From the NCBI GenBank assembly GCA_023396625.1, contig JAEWVY010000021.1, forward strand, positions 1 to 40,409: 40,409 nucleotides of DNA, read 5' to 3'. The notes beneath the pieces are model-generated. The model made no database searches. It was not told where the DNA came from and was given only the letters and a program-made list of their open reading frames with translations. A program made the translations under genes and the position numbers. Each line of letters begins with the position of its first letter. Positions within the stretch are counted from its first letter, which is position 1. Shown here in pieces: positions 10,036 through 20,846 of this stretch. This DNA comes from Pseudomonadota bacterium (GTDB lineage: Bacteria > Pseudomonadota > Gammaproteobacteria > Burkholderiales > Burkholderiaceae_C).

Positions 10036-11018
10036 TCGAGGCGGATGTTGGCGCGCTTGGCCACGGCCGTGTAGCGGTCGATGGCAGCCTGGATCTGTTT
10101 GCCGAACTGCTCGGGCGTGTTGCCCATGGATTCGCCCGAGATGCTCTTCTGCTTCTCGAGGTAGTCCGGCAGGGCCATGGCCTTGTGCGCAGCGGCGTTG
10201 AGCTTGGCGATCACTTCCTTGGACGTGCCTGCAGGTGCCACCAGGCCGAACCAGCCGCCATCGCCCATGCCGGGGTAGCCCAGCTCGGTGTAGGTGGGCA
10301 CGTCGGGCAGCACCTCGCTGCGCTTGAGCGCCAGCACGGCCAGCGGGCGCAGCCTGCCGCTCTTGATGTGCGGCAGCGTCGAGGGCAGGTTGTCCGTCAT
10401 CGCGTTGACCTGGCCCGCCAGCGCGTCGTTGATGGCCTGGCCCGCGCCCTTGTAGGGAACGTGCAGCAGGTCGATGCCGGCCAGGTTCATGAAGTTTTCG
10501 ATGTTGGCGTGGCCCAAAGACCCCGTGCCCGGCGAGGCGAAGGTGTACTTGCCGGGATGGGCTTTGGCCAGCGCGATGAATTCCTTCATCGTTTTGGCCG
10601 GCACGCTGTTGTGCACCACGAACACGCTGGGCACGCTCATCACGTTGGTGATAGGCGCGAAGTTCTTGACCGGGTCGTAGGGCAGTTTGGAGAAGATGGC
10701 CGGGTTGGCGCCGTGCGTGCTCACCGTGGCCATGCCGATGGTGTAGCCGTCCGGCACGGCCTTGGCGATGGCGTCCGCGCCGATCGAGCCGCCGGCACCG
10801 GCCTTGTTGTCCACCACCACGGCCTTGCCGAGGATCTGGCTCATCTTCTCGGCCAGCAGGCGGGCCACCAAGTCAGTGGAGCCCCCCGCGCCAAACGGCA
10901 CAATGAGCTTGATGGGTCGGTTCGGGTAGTCGTCGCCCTGGGCATGGGCCAGGGGTGCGAGCACGGCGGCAGCCGCGCAGGCCGCCAGGGTGGACAACAG
11001 GGTACGGCGCAATGCCAT
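10032..11018 (-). CDS. Bug-family (TctC-like) tripartite tricarboxylate transporter substrate-binding protein
   Basis: The start is trimmed to MALRRTLLSTLAACAAAAVLAPLAHAQ (signal peptide). YPNRPIKLIVPFGAGGSTD is the hallmark Bug/TctC N-terminus. No tctA or tctB lies nearby. Confidence 0.88.
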   Translation of the reverse strand: MALRRTLLSTLAACAAAAVLAPLAHAQGDDYPNRPIKLIVPFGAGGSTDLVARLLAEKMSQILGKAVVVDNKAGAGGSIGADAIAKAVPDGYTIGMATVSTHGANPAIFSKLPYDPVKNFAPITNVMSVPSVFVVHNSVPAKTMKEFIALAKAHPGKYTFASPGTGSLGHANIENFMNLAGIDLLHVPYKGAGQAINDALAGQVNAMTDNLPSTLPHIKSGRLRPLAVLALKRSEVLPDVPTYTELGYPGMGDGGWFGLVAPAGTSKEVIAKLNAAAHKAMALPDYLEKQKSISGESMGNTPEQFGKQIQAAIDRYTAVAKRANIRLD

Positions 11019-11126
11019 GGTGAGGTTCCTCTGGAGCGTGGATGGATGCCGCATTCTGGACACCGCCGTCAGGCGCGAAAAGCGACAAAATGGCACCGAT
11101 ACATTACCAACGCTCATACATCCCCC

Positions 11127-12056
11127 ATGCGCATGCACTCGCCCTCGCTATCGGAACTGCACGCCTTCGCCGCCGCGGCGCGGCTGGACAGCTTCTCACA
11201 AGCGGCCGAGGAGCTGAACGTGACCCAAGGCGCCATCAGCCGGGCCATCGCACGGCTGGAAGACCACCTGGGCCTGGCCCTGTTCACGCGCGAGGGGCGG
11301 CGCAGCGTGCTCACACGCGCGGGCAGCGACTACCTGGACACCGTCGGCCCCTCGATCGCCGCCATCGAGTCGGCCACGCGCGCCGTGCGCATGCGCCGCG
11401 CGGGGCGACAGCTGCGCGTATCGGTCACGCCCACGCTGTTCAGCCACTGGCTCATTCCGCGCCTGCCGGACTTCAGCGCGCGCCACCCGGACATCACGCT
11501 CTCGTTCGCGCCCTATCGGCGCGACGACCCCCTGACAGCCTCCGAGATCGACGCCTGGGTGCGCATTGGCACGGGCGACTGGCCCGCCGCCAGCATCGCG
11601 GCCGACTACATCGTGGGACGCGAACTGGTGCCCATCTGCCACCCGGCGGACCTGCAAGGCCCCGGCGCCATCCGCACCCCGCAGGATCTGCTCGCGCGGC
11701 CGCTACTGGCGCACACCAACTACCCAGGCAACTGGGCGGCCTGGTTCAGCGGCGTGAACTGCGCGCACCCGTCCATCGTCCCCGCGGCCGACTTCGAGCA
11801 GGTGGCGATGCTCGTGCAGGCCGTGATCGCCGGACTCGGCGTGGCCGTGGTGCAGCGCTGCCTAGTGGAAGAGGATCTCGCGGCCAGGCGCATCGCCATC
11901 CCGATCGACCGGCCGGTGGCGCTCGACCGAGGCTACTACCTGTGCCGCCCCGCGCAGCGGCCGGCTAACGGCGCGCTCGACACATTCCGCGCCTGGCTGC
12001 TTGGCCAGGCGGGGAGCCAGAACCATCAACGCCAGCCGCGCAGCAGCACCCATTGA
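11127..12056 (+). CDS. LysR-family transcriptional regulator (GcvA-like), divergent from the Bug/FGase pair
   Basis: The start is trimmed to the ATG at 11127, in frame with the 9714..12056 ORF. Helix-turn-helix region LHAFAAAARLDSFSQAAEELNVTQGAISRAIARLEDHLG. Confidence 0.88.
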   Translation: MRMHSPSLSELHAFAAAARLDSFSQAAEELNVTQGAISRAIARLEDHLGLALFTREGRRSVLTRAGSDYLDTVGPSIAAIESATRAVRMRRAGRQLRVSVTPTLFSHWLIPRLPDFSARHPDITLSFAPYRRDDPLTASEIDAWVRIGTGDWPAASIAADYIVGRELVPICHPADLQGPGAIRTPQDLLARPLLAHTNYPGNWAAWFSGVNCAHPSIVPAADFEQVAMLVQAVIAGLGVAVVQRCLVEEDLAARRIAIPIDRPVALDRGYYLCRPAQRPANGALDTFRAWLLGQAGSQNHQRQPRSSTH

Positions 12057-12307
12057 CTCGTGGCACACGCCACGACGAGGGCGACATAGGTGAGCATTCG
12101 CCCGTCGCGCCCCAGCAGCACCAGACCCGCCGCCAGCACCAGGCACCCCACCACGAAATTGATAGCAAACTGTGTCCGCCAGCTGCTGGCCACGGCTGTT
12201 TTTTTCAGGAAAATCCGCCCTCCTCCAGTCAGCAGCAGCGCCACGAACAAGGCCGGGGCCACGAAATTCAGCAGATGATTCAGCCCGTCAAGCAAACCCA
12301 TAAACAA
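12026..12307 (-). CDS. Small hydrophobic membrane protein (about 3 predicted TM segments), function unknown
   Basis: 93 aa: [30 protein letters not shown]...[20 protein letters not shown]...[18 protein letters not shown]. Its third-position GC bias resembles that of its neighbours. It fills an otherwise empty gap, and its 3' end overlaps the lysR 3' end by 31 nt. Confidence 0.55.
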   Translation of the reverse strand: MFMGLLDGLNHLLNFVAPALFVALLLTGGGRIFLKKTAVASSWRTQFAINFVVGCLVLAAGLVLLGRDGRMLTYVALVVACATSQWVLLRGWR

Positions 12308-12371
12308 TGCCCGTCTAGTCCCGCGCGCGCCTCGTCAACCCGAGGTGGAGACAAATTTTATAATCGCCCCC

Positions 12372-13655
12372 ATGGCAGTCTGGGCCCTGGGCATCAACCA
12401 CACGACCGCGCCGCTGGATCTGCGTGGCCGTTTCGCGTTCGCGCTCGACCAGATCCAGCCCACGCTGCAAGGGCTGCGGCACTCGTTTTCGCGCCATCCC
12501 GAAGCCGCCATTCTCTCCACCTGCAATCGCACTGAAATCTATTGCGCCAGCGAGGCCCCGCAGCTTGACCACGCGCTGCAATGGCTGGCCGGCACCGGGG
12601 GCGTGAGCCCGGAGGCCCTGCGCTCGCATGTCTACACCCTCGAGGATGCACACGCGGCACGCCACGCCTTCCGCGTCGCCAGCGGCCTGGATTCCATGGT
12701 CCTGGGCGAACCGCAGATCCTGGGCCAGCTGAAGAGCGCCGTGCGCGCCGCCGAGGACGCCGGCGCGCTGGGCGCCACACTCAACCAGTTGTTCCAGCGC
12801 AGCTTCTCGGTCGCCAAAGAAGTGCGCACCACCACCGAAATCGGCGCGCACTCCATCAGCATGGCCGCCGCCGCGGTCCGCCTGGCCGGCCAGCTGTTCG
12901 AAGACCTGAGCGAAGTCAAGGTGCTGTTCGTCGGCGCCGGCGAGATGATCGAACTCGCCGCGACGCATTTCGCCGCGCGCGGTCCCAAGGCCATCGCCAT
13001 CGCCAACCGGACGCTGGATCGGGGCGAACGGCTGGCCTCCCGTTTTGGCGGCGAAGTCATGCGCCTGGCCGACCTGCCCGACCGGCTGCACGAATTCGAC
13101 GCCGTGGTCAGCTGCACCGCCAGCACGCTGCCCATCATCGGCCTGGGTGCCGTGGAGCGGGCACTGAAAAAGCGCCGCCATCGGCCCATCTTCATGGTGG
13201 ACCTCGCGGTGCCCCGCGACATCGAACCCGAGGTCAAGGCCCTGGACGACGTCTACCTCTACACCGTGGACGACCTCTCCAGCGTGGTCCAGACCGCGCA
13301 GGCCAGCCGCCAGGCCGCCGTGGCGCAGGCCGAAGCCATCATCGATGCCGGTGTCCAGAGCTTCATGCACTGGATGGTGCAGCGCGACCCACACACCGGC
13401 GTGGTGCCGCTGATCCGGCAGCTCCACGCGCAGGCCGACACCTGGCGCGCCGCCGAACTGGCGCGCGCGCGTCGTCTGCTGGCCCGCGGCGAAGACGTGG
13501 ATGCCGTGCTCGAGGCCCTGTCGCGCGGATTGACGCAGAAAATGCTGCACGGCGCCATGGCCGAACTGCACGCGGCGGATCCCGCGCAAAGCGAGCAGAC
13601 CACCCGCACCATCGCCAGGCTGTTTCTCCGTTCACACGATAAAAACGCCATTTAG
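12372..13655 (+). CDS. hemA: Glutamyl-tRNA reductase
   Basis: The start is trimmed to [20 protein letters not shown] (compare E. coli MTLLALGINHKTAP). Catalytic-Cys motif STCNRTEIY. Confidence 0.93.
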   Translation: MAVWALGINHTTAPLDLRGRFAFALDQIQPTLQGLRHSFSRHPEAAILSTCNRTEIYCASEAPQLDHALQWLAGTGGVSPEALRSHVYTLEDAHAARHAFRVASGLDSMVLGEPQILGQLKSAVRAAEDAGALGATLNQLFQRSFSVAKEVRTTTEIGAHSISMAAAAVRLAGQLFEDLSEVKVLFVGAGEMIELAATHFAARGPKAIAIANRTLDRGERLASRFGGEVMRLADLPDRLHEFDAVVSCTASTLPIIGLGAVERALKKRRHRPIFMVDLAVPRDIEPEVKALDDVYLYTVDDLSSVVQTAQASRQAAVAQAEAIIDAGVQSFMHWMVQRDPHTGVVPLIRQLHAQADTWRAAELARARRLLARGEDVDAVLEALSRGLTQKMLHGAMAELHAADPAQSEQTTRTIARLFLRSHDKNAI

Positions 13656-13695
13656 CCAGCGTCACGTGGACGCTATCAGCTACATTGTTTGTAGC
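13656..13695 (+). repeat. Intergenic motif, copy 1 (CCAGCGTC...TGG...AGCTAC...TAGC)
   Basis: CCAGCGTCACGTGGACGCTATCAGCTACATTGTTTGTAGC. It starts 1 nt after the hemA stop and contains two inverted repeats: AGCGTC/GACGCT and GCTAC/GTAGC. Confidence 0.6.
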
Positions 13696-13722
13696 ACCTA
13701 CCCCCTCTTCCCACGCCACGGC

Positions 13723-14847
<1,125 letters not shown>

Positions 14848-14886
14848 GCCGGGACGAGCCAGGATTTGAAAGAAAACGCGCCTTTC

Positions 14887-14913
14887 CCAGCGTCAAATGG
14901 ACATAGTTTGCTA
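14887..14913 (+). repeat. Intergenic motif, copy 2 (truncated at the prmC start)
   Basis: CCAGCGTCAAATGGACATAGTTTGCTA. It shares the CCAGCGTC, +12 TGG and +24 GCTA anchors. Its last base is the A of the prmC ATG. Confidence 0.5.
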
Positions 14914-15797
14914 TGAAACCAGGACTTGATGCCTCGGAACAGGGCCTGCCGGGCACCCTGGCACAGGCCCTCGCCCAGGCGCAGGCCCGGGGGTTGGCGC
15001 CGCTCGACGCCCAGATGCTGCTGCTGCACGCGCTCGGCCGCTCGCCCCACGACCGCGCCTGGCTGGTCGCCCACGGCCACGACGCACTGGCATCCGAGAC
15101 GACGCGGACCTATGGCGCCCTGGCCGCGCGCCGCGCCGCCGGCGAACCGCTGGCCTACCTCACCGGCGTCCGCGAATTCTTCGGCCTGCCCCTGCAAGTG
15201 GACGCGCGCGTGCTCGACCCGCGGCCCGACACCGAAACCCTGGTCGACTGGGCGCTCGCGGCGCTGCCCGCGCCGTCGCCACACACTCCGGCACCGCGGG
15301 TGCTGGACCTGGGCACCGGCAGCGGCGCCATCGCCCTGGCCCTGGCCCATGCGCGGCCGGACCTGCACGTCACGGCCGTGGACCGCAGCGGCGACGCCCT
15401 GGACGTGGCCCGCAGCAATGCCCGCCGCCTCGGCCTGCCGGTCGCGTTCGTGCAAGGTTCATGGTTCGACCCCGTCGCCGGGCGTTTCGACCTGATCGTC
15501 TCGAACCCACCCTACATCCCCGCCGCCGACCCGCATCTGGCGGCCCTCACCCACGAACCGCGCTCGGCCCTGGCCAGTGGCGCCGACGGGCTGGACGACA
15601 TCCGCCGCATCGTGGCCCAGGCACCGGCTCATCTGGCCCTGGGCGGCTGGCTGCTGCTGGAACACGGCTGGGACCAGGCCGACGCCGTGCGCACACTGCT
15701 GACACAGGCCGGCCTGGGCGAGGTGCACAGCCGCCCTGACCTGGCCGGCATCGCGCGCTGCACGGGCGGGCAATGGCCCGGCACCGGCCCTGCCTGA
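14913..15797 (+). CDS. prmC: Release factor glutamine N5-methyltransferase
   Basis: 294 aa. NPPY motif (IVSNPPYIP) and SAM-binding [13 protein letters not shown]. Classical hemA-prfA-prmC order. Confidence 0.92.
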   Translation: MKPGLDASEQGLPGTLAQALAQAQARGLAPLDAQMLLLHALGRSPHDRAWLVAHGHDALASETTRTYGALAARRAAGEPLAYLTGVREFFGLPLQVDARVLDPRPDTETLVDWALAALPAPSPHTPAPRVLDLGTGSGAIALALAHARPDLHVTAVDRSGDALDVARSNARRLGLPVAFVQGSWFDPVAGRFDLIVSNPPYIPAADPHLAALTHEPRSALASGADGLDDIRRIVAQAPAHLALGGWLLLEHGWDQADAVRTLLTQAGLGEVHSRPDLAGIARCTGGQWPGTGPA

Positions 15798-15812
15798 CCC
15801 CAAAGACCCCTG

Positions 15813-15844
15813 CCAGCGTCGACAGTGCCGACAGTGAAATAATC
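15813..15844 (+). repeat. Intergenic motif, copy 3 (weak; 8-mer anchor plus an internal direct repeat)
   Basis: CCAGCGTCGACAGTGCCGACAGTGAAATAATC, with CGACAGTG repeated at 15820-15827 and 15829-15836. It lies 16 nt after the prmC stop. Confidence 0.35.
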
Positions 15845-15893
15845 TCCGCCATCGCCGCTCGCTTGAACGCGGCCCCCATTTCAGGAGTACCCC

Positions 15894-16223
15894 ATGAGCG
15901 ACAACACCCAGCAACGCATCGACAACCTGGTGAAATCCAGCGAAATCGTGCTCTTCATGAAGGGCAGCGCCAGCTTCCCCATGTGCGGCTTTTCCGGCCG
16001 CGCGATCCAGATCCTCAAGGCCTGCGGCGTGGACCCGAAACAGGTGACCACCGTCAACGTGCTCGACGACGACGCCATCCGCCAGGGCATCAAGGAATAC
16101 AGCCACTGGCCCACGATTCCGCAGCTCTACGTGAAAGGTGAATTCATCGGTGGCTCGGACATCATGATGGAAATGTACGAGTCGGGCGAACTGCAGCAGG
16201 TGCTGGGCCAGCCGGCCGCCTGA
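15894..16223 (+). CDS. grxD: Grx4-family monothiol glutaredoxin
   Basis: 109 aa with the CGFS active site (FPMCGFSGRA) and WPTIPQLYVKGEFIGG. Confidence 0.93.
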   Translation: MSDNTQQRIDNLVKSSEIVLFMKGSASFPMCGFSGRAIQILKACGVDPKQVTTVNVLDDDAIRQGIKEYSHWPTIPQLYVKGEFIGGSDIMMEMYESGELQQVLGQPAA

Positions 16224-16299
16224 CCTGCGCGGCCGCGGCCCTGGAGCCCGTGGCCGTGCGGGCGAACGCGCCTCCCGGCGCCACTACACTTGGACAGTG

Positions 16300-17613
16300 A
16301 TGTCCTTGACCCAGAGCCTGCTCCTGATCGTCCTGCTGATCGCAGCCAGCGCCTTTTTCTCGGTGGCGGAGATTTCGCTCGCGGCCTCGCGCCACCTGCG
16401 GCTGCGCCAGATGGCCGACGAGGGCGACACCCGCGCCGAACACGTGATGCGCGTGCAGGCGCACCCGGGCCACTATTTCACGATCGTCCAGATCGGCCTG
16501 AACGCCATCGCCATCCTCGGCGGCATCGTGGGCGAAGGCGCCCTGGGGCCGCTGTTCAGCGCGCTGCTCGCGGACTGGCTGGAGCCGCCACGCGCCGCCA
16601 CCGCCAGTTTCCTGGCGTCTTTCCTGATCGTGACGTCGCTGTTCATCCTGTTCGCGGATCTGCTGCCCAAGCGCCTGAGCATGATCGAGCCCGAGCGCCT
16701 GGCGGTGCGCGTGGTCGGCCCGATGCAAGGCTTGCAGACCTTGCTCAAGCCCTTGGTGTGGCTCTACACCCGGGCGACCGACGGGCTGTTCCGTGTCCTG
16801 GGCCTGCCTGCCCAGCGGGATGATCGGGTCACCTCCGATGACATCCTGGCGCTGACCGAGGCCGGCGCCCAGGCCGGGGTGCTGGCGCGCCATGAGCAGC
16901 AGGTCATCGCCAATGTGTTCGAGCTGGACACCCGCGCCATCGCCAGCGCGATGACCCCGCGGGACCGGATCGCCTTTTTCCTGCGCGACGATCCCGATAC
17001 GGTCATCCGCGCGCGCATCGCCGCCGAACCGTTCTCCACCTACCCCGTGTGCGATGGCGACATCGACCACGTGGTGGGCTATGTGGACGCGAAGGATCTG
17101 TTCCAGCGCGCGCTGAACAACCAGCCCATCTCGCTGGCGGCCGAGGGCCTGGTGCGCAAGGTGCTCATCGTGCCCGACCGGCTGACGCTGTCCGAAGTGC
17201 TGGCGCAGTTCCGCCAGGTCCACGAGGACTTCGCCGTGATCGTCAACGAATACAGCCTGGTGGTCGGCGTGGTCACGCTCAACGACGTGATGAGCACGGT
17301 CATGGGCGAACTGGTCGGCCCCCACGACGAGGAGCAGATCGTGCGGCGCGACGCCAACTCCTGGCTCATCGACGGCGTCACGCCGATCGAGGACGTGCTG
17401 CGCGCGCTCGGCATCGACGATCTGCCGCGCCGCGATGAATACGACACCCTGGCCGGCTTCCTGATGGTGATGCTGCGGCGCGTGCCCCGGCGCACCGACA
17501 AGGTGGTCTGGGGCCATTTCGAATTCGAGGTGCTGGACGTGGACAGCCACCGCATCGACCAGGTGATGGTCACCCGTCTGCCGGACGACGCCGCGGCACC
17601 CTCGGCCATCTGA
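16300..17613 (+). CDS. CNNM/DUF21-CBS-CorC_HlyC family membrane protein (hemolysin/TlyC/CorC type)
   Basis: About 437 aa from the ATG at 16300; the track ORF starts one codon earlier, at a GTG. N-terminal TM domain with FFSVAEISLAASR, followed by CBS pairs and a CorC-type C-terminus. Confidence 0.85.
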   Translation: MSLTQSLLLIVLLIAASAFFSVAEISLAASRHLRLRQMADEGDTRAEHVMRVQAHPGHYFTIVQIGLNAIAILGGIVGEGALGPLFSALLADWLEPPRAATASFLASFLIVTSLFILFADLLPKRLSMIEPERLAVRVVGPMQGLQTLLKPLVWLYTRATDGLFRVLGLPAQRDDRVTSDDILALTEAGAQAGVLARHEQQVIANVFELDTRAIASAMTPRDRIAFFLRDDPDTVIRARIAAEPFSTYPVCDGDIDHVVGYVDAKDLFQRALNNQPISLAAEGLVRKVLIVPDRLTLSEVLAQFRQVHEDFAVIVNEYSLVVGVVTLNDVMSTVMGELVGPHDEEQIVRRDANSWLIDGVTPIEDVLRALGIDDLPRRDEYDTLAGFLMVMLRRVPRRTDKVVWGHFEFEVLDVDSHRIDQVMVTRLPDDAAAPSAI

Positions 17614-17625
17614 CCGCAAAGGCCG

Positions 17626-18216
17626 TCAGGCGCCCGCGAACTCCCACTTGCGCCGGGCGCCCAGCACGGCGTTGGGGTATTCGGCGCGGCCGCGCGAGCC
17701 GTTGTAGCGCCCCAGCGCCATGAACAGGTCCCCGCGCTCGCGGTCGAGGTAGTGGCGCAGGATCACGCAGCCAAAGCGCAGGTTGGTCTGCATGTGAAAC
17801 AGCTTGCCCGCATCGCCATCGCCGATCACGCGGGTCCAGAAAGGCATCACCTGCATGTAGCCCCGCGCGCCCACGGGGCTGACGGCGAACTTCCGGAAGC
17901 CGCTTTCCACCTCGATCAGCCCGAGCACCAGCGACACATCGAGCCCCGCACGGCGGCTTTCGTACCAGACGGTCTGCAGGAACTCCCGCCGGGTGTCGAA
18001 ATCGGGCTTGCGTCGGCGCAGGCGAAAAATCATCGTCCCCATCCAGCGCAGGTAGCGCAGGCGGGCCTCGGTGGTCTCGAATTCCGGCACAGGGGGCGCG
18101 CTGTTGGCAATGGCCGCGCTCAGCGCGCCTCGCACAGCATCGGCCAACGGCTCCTCGAGCTGCCCTCCCGCCCATGAGGACTTCTGAAAAAATAGCAACA
18201 GAAGACCAATTGGCAA
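17626..18216 (-). CDS. Lytic transglycosylase (SLT domain), secreted
   Basis: SLT catalytic region LGLIEVESGF...GARGYMQVMP. The track ORF (to 18972) runs into proS in another frame. No in-frame ATG lies between the proS stop and the hydrophobic leader, so I propose the TTG at 18216 (MPIGLLLLFFQKSSWAGG). The start is uncertain. Confidence 0.7.
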   Translation of the reverse strand: MPIGLLLLFFQKSSWAGGQLEEPLADAVRGALSAAIANSAPPVPEFETTEARLRYLRWMGTMIFRLRRRKPDFDTRREFLQTVWYESRRAGLDVSLVLGLIEVESGFRKFAVSPVGARGYMQVMPFWTRVIGDGDAGKLFHMQTNLRFGCVILRHYLDRERGDLFMALGRYNGSRGRAEYPNAVLGARRKWEFAGA

Positions 18217-18311
18217 TGGGAAAAGGCAATTTCGCCTTGAAATTTCAACCCTTGCGCCTTGCACGAGTGCCGGCCCCCCGGGCGCCAGCGGGTGGCCGGA
18301 TCGGGCCGGTC

Positions 18312-20075
18312 TCACCGGGCGACGGCCGCCGCCAGGCCGAGCCGGGCGGTCAGGAACTCGTCCACCTCGGCCAGCGGCACGCGGCTGGCCTCGGCGTCGC
18401 GCCGGTGCTGGTATTCGAGCTGGCCCTCCTTGAGTCCCCGCTCGGAAATCACCACGCGGTGCGGCACGCCGATGAGCTCCCAGTCGGCGAACATGGCGCC
18501 GGGGCGCTCGCCACGGTCGTCGAGCAGCACGTCGACGCCTCGGGCCAGGAGCCGGTCGTGCAGGGCCTCGGCTGCGGCCTTCACGTCGGCGCTGCGGTCC
18601 ATGCCGATGGGGCAGATCACCACGGTGAAGGGTGCGATCGCGTCCGGCCAGATGATGCCGCGCGCGTCGTGGTTCTGCTCGATGGCCGCCGCCGGCAGGC
18701 GCGTGATGCCGATGCCGTAGCACCCCATCTCGAACGGCGCCGGTTTGCCGTCCTCGCCGAGGAAGGTGGCGTTCATCGCCCGGCTGTACCTGGTGCCAAG
18801 GTAAAACACGTGGCCCACCTCGATGCCCCGCTCGATCGCCAGCGCCCCTTTGCCGTCGGGCGACGGGTCGCCGGCCACCACATTGCGGATATCGGCCACC
18901 TGATCGGGCTCGGGCAGGTCGCGGCCCCAGTTGACGCCCGTCAGGTGAACGTCCGCTTCGTTCGCGCCGCAAACCCAGTCGGCCATCACGGCCACCTCGC
19001 GGTCGGCCACGACACCGACCGGCTTTTTCAGATTCAAGGGCCCCAGGTACCCCGGCGGGGTGCCAAAATGGTCCAGGATTTCAGCCTCGGTGGCGAAGCG
19101 AAAACCCAGCTCGAACCCCGGCAGTTTGCCGACCTTGACTTCGTTCATGTCATGGTCGCCGCGCAGCAGCAGCAGCCAGATCCGGGTCCGGACCACTTCG
19201 TCGTAGTCATTGAGCTCGTCAGTGGCCAGCACCAGCGACTTGACGGTGGCCTGCAGCGGCAGGCCCAGCAGCGCCGCCACGTCGGCACAGGTGCTTTTTC
19301 CCGGCGTGGGCACACGGGTCAGCGCCTGCGCCGCCGCGGGGCGGGGCCCGGCCGGCGCGAGCGCCTCGGCTTTTTCCATGTTCGCCGCGTACTCGCTCCC
19401 GGGGCAGTAGACGATGGCATCCTCGCCGGTGGCGGCGATCACCTGGAATTCCTCGGACAGGTCCCCGCCGATGGCGCCACTGTCCGCCGCCACAGCCCGG
19501 TAGGTGAGGCCAAAGCGGTCGAAGATGCGGCGGTAGGCGCCGGCCATGATCTGGTAGCTTGCCTTCGCGCCCGCCTGGTCCCGGTCAAAGCTGTAGGCGT
19601 CCTTCATGATGAACTCGCGTCCGCGCATCAACCCGAACCGCGGACGGCGCTCGTCACGGAACTTGGTCTGGATCTGGTAGAAGTTCTTGGGCAGTTGCTT
19701 GTAGCTGCGCAGATCCTGACGGGCGATGTCAGTGATCACTTCCTCGCTGGTGGGCTGCACCACGAAATCGCGCCCATGCCGGTCCCGGATGCGCAGCAGC
19801 TCGGGGCCCATCTTGTCGAAGCGGCCGGTTTCCTGCCACAGTTCGGCCGGTTGAATGACCGGCATGGTGAGCTCGACGGCGCCGGCACGGTTCATCTCCT
19901 CGCGCACGATGGCCTCGACCTTGCGGATCACGCGCAGTCCCAGTGGCATGTAGCTGTAGATGCCGGCGCCCAGCTTCTTGATCAGGCCCGCCCGCATCAT
20001 GAGCTGGTGGCTGACCACCTCGGCATCGGCAGGCGCGTCGCGCAGGGTGGCAATGGAGAACTGACTGGCTTTCAT
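18312..20075 (-). CDS. proS: Proline--tRNA ligase
   Basis: The start is trimmed to [46 protein letters not shown], a canonical bacterial ProRS N-terminus. Confidence 0.95.
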   Translation of the reverse strand: MKASQFSIATLRDAPADAEVVSHQLMMRAGLIKKLGAGIYSYMPLGLRVIRKVEAIVREEMNRAGAVELTMPVIQPAELWQETGRFDKMGPELLRIRDRHGRDFVVQPTSEEVITDIARQDLRSYKQLPKNFYQIQTKFRDERRPRFGLMRGREFIMKDAYSFDRDQAGAKASYQIMAGAYRRIFDRFGLTYRAVAADSGAIGGDLSEEFQVIAATGEDAIVYCPGSEYAANMEKAEALAPAGPRPAAAQALTRVPTPGKSTCADVAALLGLPLQATVKSLVLATDELNDYDEVVRTRIWLLLLRGDHDMNEVKVGKLPGFELGFRFATEAEILDHFGTPPGYLGPLNLKKPVGVVADREVAVMADWVCGANEADVHLTGVNWGRDLPEPDQVADIRNVVAGDPSPDGKGALAIERGIEVGHVFYLGTRYSRAMNATFLGEDGKPAPFEMGCYGIGITRLPAAAIEQNHDARGIIWPDAIAPFTVVICPIGMDRSADVKAAAEALHDRLLARGVDVLLDDRGERPGAMFADWELIGVPHRVVISERGLKEGQLEYQHRRDAEASRVPLAEVDEFLTARLGLAAAVAR

Positions 20076-20119
20076 GGGAGAGAAATGGACTCGATTGGGG
20101 AAATGGGACACCGGGTGCC

Positions 20120-20147
20120 TTGATGCACGCCGGCTCGCGTGCATAAT
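20120..20147 (+). promoter_or_regulatory. Candidate sigma-70 promoter of rppH with an embedded palindrome
   Basis: TTGATG (20120-20125), a 16-nt spacer, then CATAAT (20142-20147). The spacer holds the inverted repeat TGCACGC-cggctc-GCGTGCA (20124-20143). Confidence 0.4.
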
Positions 20148-20177
20148 GAACCCAGTTTAAAAAATCGGGGTTTGATT

Positions 20178-20846
20178 ATGCTTGACCGGGAAGGCTTTCG
20201 GCCTAACGTCGGCATCATCCTGCTCAACCAGAGAAACCAGGTATTCTGGGGCAAGCGCATCCGCACCCACAGCTGGCAGTTTCCGCAGGGCGGCATCGAC
20301 CGGGGGGAAACCCCCGAGCAGGCCATGTTCCGGGAGTTGCACGAGGAAGTGGGCCTGCGCGCGGAACATGTGCGCATTGTGGCCCGCACCCGGGACTGGT
20401 TGCGCTACGAGGTGCCTGACCGGTACATCCGGCGTGATGCGCGGGGCCATTACAAAGGCCAGAAGCAGATCTGGTATTTGCTGCAATTGACCGCGCAGGA
20501 CTGGCACCTGAATCTGCGAGCCACCAACCATCCGGAGTTCGATGCCTGGCGCTGGAACGATTACTGGGTTCCCCTGGACGTGGTGGTGGAATTCAAGCGC
20601 GGGGTCTACGAACTGGCGCTGACCGAATTGTCGCGCTATCTGCCGCGACAGGAGCAGCGCGGCCGCTATCTTCGCAGCGGCATGCGCTTGCGCGAGGCCA
20701 TCCACGAGCCCCGCCGGGAAATCATGCCCGGCGCGAGTTTCGAACTGCCTCCCGGCGCATCGTTCGATCCGGATCCCCAGGGCGGGCCGCGCGCCGCCAC
20801 AGGCCCTTCGGGCCCCGCCGAGGAGACGCCTCATGCGCCGCGCTAG
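20178..20846 (+). CDS. rppH: RNA pyrophosphohydrolase (Nudix)
   Basis: The start is trimmed to [17 protein letters not shown]. Nudix box [23 protein letters not shown]. It has a low-complexity C-terminal tail. Confidence 0.92.
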   Translation: MLDREGFRPNVGIILLNQRNQVFWGKRIRTHSWQFPQGGIDRGETPEQAMFRELHEEVGLRAEHVRIVARTRDWLRYEVPDRYIRRDARGHYKGQKQIWYLLQLTAQDWHLNLRATNHPEFDAWRWNDYWVPLDVVVEFKRGVYELALTELSRYLPRQEQRGRYLRSGMRLREAIHEPRREIMPGASFELPPGASFDPDPQGGPRAATGPSGPAEETPHAPR

